From positions 124,001 to 188,000 of the forward strand of contig JBLDXI010000060.1 in the NCBI GenBank assembly GCA_047495785.1: 64,000 bases of DNA, written 5' to 3'. Each line of letters starts with the position of its first letter. The stretch's first letter is position 1. The position numbers were made by a program, and so were the translations under genes. The notes below the pieces were generated by a model that saw nothing but the letters and a program-made list of their open reading frames with translations, searched no databases and was not told where the DNA came from. Positions 62,348-64,000 of this stretch are shown here, piece by piece. The DNA comes from Lepidodermella squamata. Lineage: Eukaryota; Animalia; Gastrotricha.

Positions 62348-63573
62348 ATGTTGCTGCGACTGGTGATAAGTCTATTACCGCTGGTAGCTGAAGGCTATTT
62401 ACCACCTGAAGAAGCTTTGCGGATTGCTTTAATTGATAATTGCAGTATCAGAGCAGATGCGAGGCCTGTGTTGAACGCAGAAGATCCTGTGAGAGCTACG
62501 TCAACACTGGATGCACTTTCCTTCCGCGGAATTAACGACCGCGATCAAACGTCAGTTCACAATTTTCGCCAACAAACTCGTTACCTATATCCAAATTGAT
62601 TGATTCAGATTTACTGTTTTTGCGAGCTTGAACATGAACTGGAAGCATGTTTGCGTCGAATCGTTCAACTGGTCGAGCAAACCAGAGTTTGCTGGAATAT
62701 CAAGACTCGATGAAAAAAGCGACAATGTGTGGTTGCCGCCTCTTCTCCTAATTAATGCAGCTGGCGATTTTGACATACCAAGATTCAGCCCCATGTCGAT
62801 GTACTACCCAAGCGGAACGGTATCAAACATATTCACTGGATATTTCACCAGCTTTTGTGAAATTGAGTAAGGATTTGATTTACATAGATTTACGGGCTAA
62901 TAATGAGTTGCACAGCTTTTACAAGTTCCCATTTGATACCCAAACTTGCGGATTCATAATCGAGCCGTACATTGAAACAACCCTTTTCGACGTGATCTTA
63001 GACCCAGATTCGACAAGCTTGATTCATCTTAATCCGCTGACATTCAATAGACAAAGCAATATGTGGCAATTCGTCATGGCTAGTGCCTCGAACAAAAGTG
63101 TGACCTACCCAGGCTACGACAACATTGCATGGTCACACCTTGCGTTTTCCTTCACCTTCAAACGCCGATACGAGTACTATGCAAGTTCGATTTTCCTACC
63201 ATCTTTTGCCCTGTTGCTTCTTCAAGCTCTCGCCGGCCTTCTACCACCTGCAGAACCGGAGAGGTCTTCGTTCAACATGACGGTCGTCCTGGCCTTCAGC
63301 GTTCTTCAGTCGATGGTTTACGACAAAATCCCTCAAACTTCTAACACTCCTTTGATAGTCTATTTCATCCTAACTCAACTCGGGACCAGTGTGATGTTCT
63401 GCTGCTATAGTCTAACCGCGTGTTTCTTGGCCCACATTTTATGTGGCAGGGAATGTTTTGTCTTCAGATACCACGTTAGCCTAGTAAGGTTGATTGACTT
63501 TATAACACATGCCTTTTTACTGTTTACGAATATTGCTATCAACATTACGTTAATGTGCCTCATGACCTCGTGA
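62348..63573 (+). CDS. Cys-loop channel subunit; copy 13 (exons 62348-62550, 62609-62866, 62916-63573)
   Basis: C-EIDFYKFPFDTQT-C, four TM helices. Confidence 0.92.
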
Positions 63574-63659
63574 AGCCGCAGCTGATAAGATAAGGATGAA
63601 AAATGTATCTCTATCCCATACAAAATGCAGTGGGGTTGAAGGTCGGAATAAAATTCAAA

Positions 63660-64000
63660 ATGCTTGTGAGCCCGGAAACTTCCCTGCTTGTCCTAGCCCT
63701 GGTTCAAACTTCATGTGAGTTGATCAAGAATTTTTTCTGGTTTCAGATGCTGAACTATTGATTTTTGAAGATGCTATTCAGTGCTGGGAAGGTATCGGAA
63801 ATTATACGACAGCTGACGATTGCGACTGGTGCGTGAAAGCAGTGCCGCATTACAGAGATGCTCATATTTGCAAGCAATGCGTGACTGAAGACGAAGTTCC
63901 GCCCTTCACTTTTGTAAACTGCGACGACGTTCTGTTTGAAGGCTACGTCGCCGAAGTTTGCTACTGCAACGACAAGGACTTTTGTAACTACGCTGGACAC
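63660..64000 (+). CDS. Ly6/three-finger protein, runs off the window end
   Basis: MLVSPETSLLVLALVQTS|..AIQCWEG..DCDWC..QC..NC..CYCNDKDFCN; absent from the ORF track. Confidence 0.85.

Noticed and set aside
380-63573. Calling the channels nicotinic alpha subunits or assigning gene symbols
   Set aside because: No vicinal Cys and no recognisable orthology
63755-64000. 81-aa minus-strand ORF
   Set aside because: Antisense to a clear Ly6 exon

Overview
Compact, intron-containing (mostly 45-60 nt GT-AG introns) invertebrate-type animal genomic DNA; the taxon cannot be fixed from sequence alone. The window is a tandem-duplication cluster dominated by two interleaved expanded families. The first is 13 copies of a divergent Cys-loop (pentameric) ligand-gated ion channel subunit with almost no intracellular M3-M4 domain, no loop-C vicinal cysteines and an extra family-specific Cys pair. 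The second is about 19 small Ly6/uPAR three-finger (Quiver/sleepless-like) genes, mostly with signal peptide and GPI-type tail. Embedded among them are a GABA-B-like class C GPCR (5'-joined to a Ly6 gene) and its pseudogene, an orphan class A GPCR, an intronless flavin monooxygenase, an intronless SABATH-type methyltransferase, four 8-Cys secreted peptide genes of a family I do not recognise, a two-peptide precursor, a CCDC17-like gene, several TA-flanked pogo/Tc2-type elements and MITEs, and a LINE fragment. The best overall interpretation (inference) is a rapidly evolving receptor + three-finger modulator supercluster, possibly chemosensory. Exon boundaries were read manually from GT/AG sites and frame continuity.
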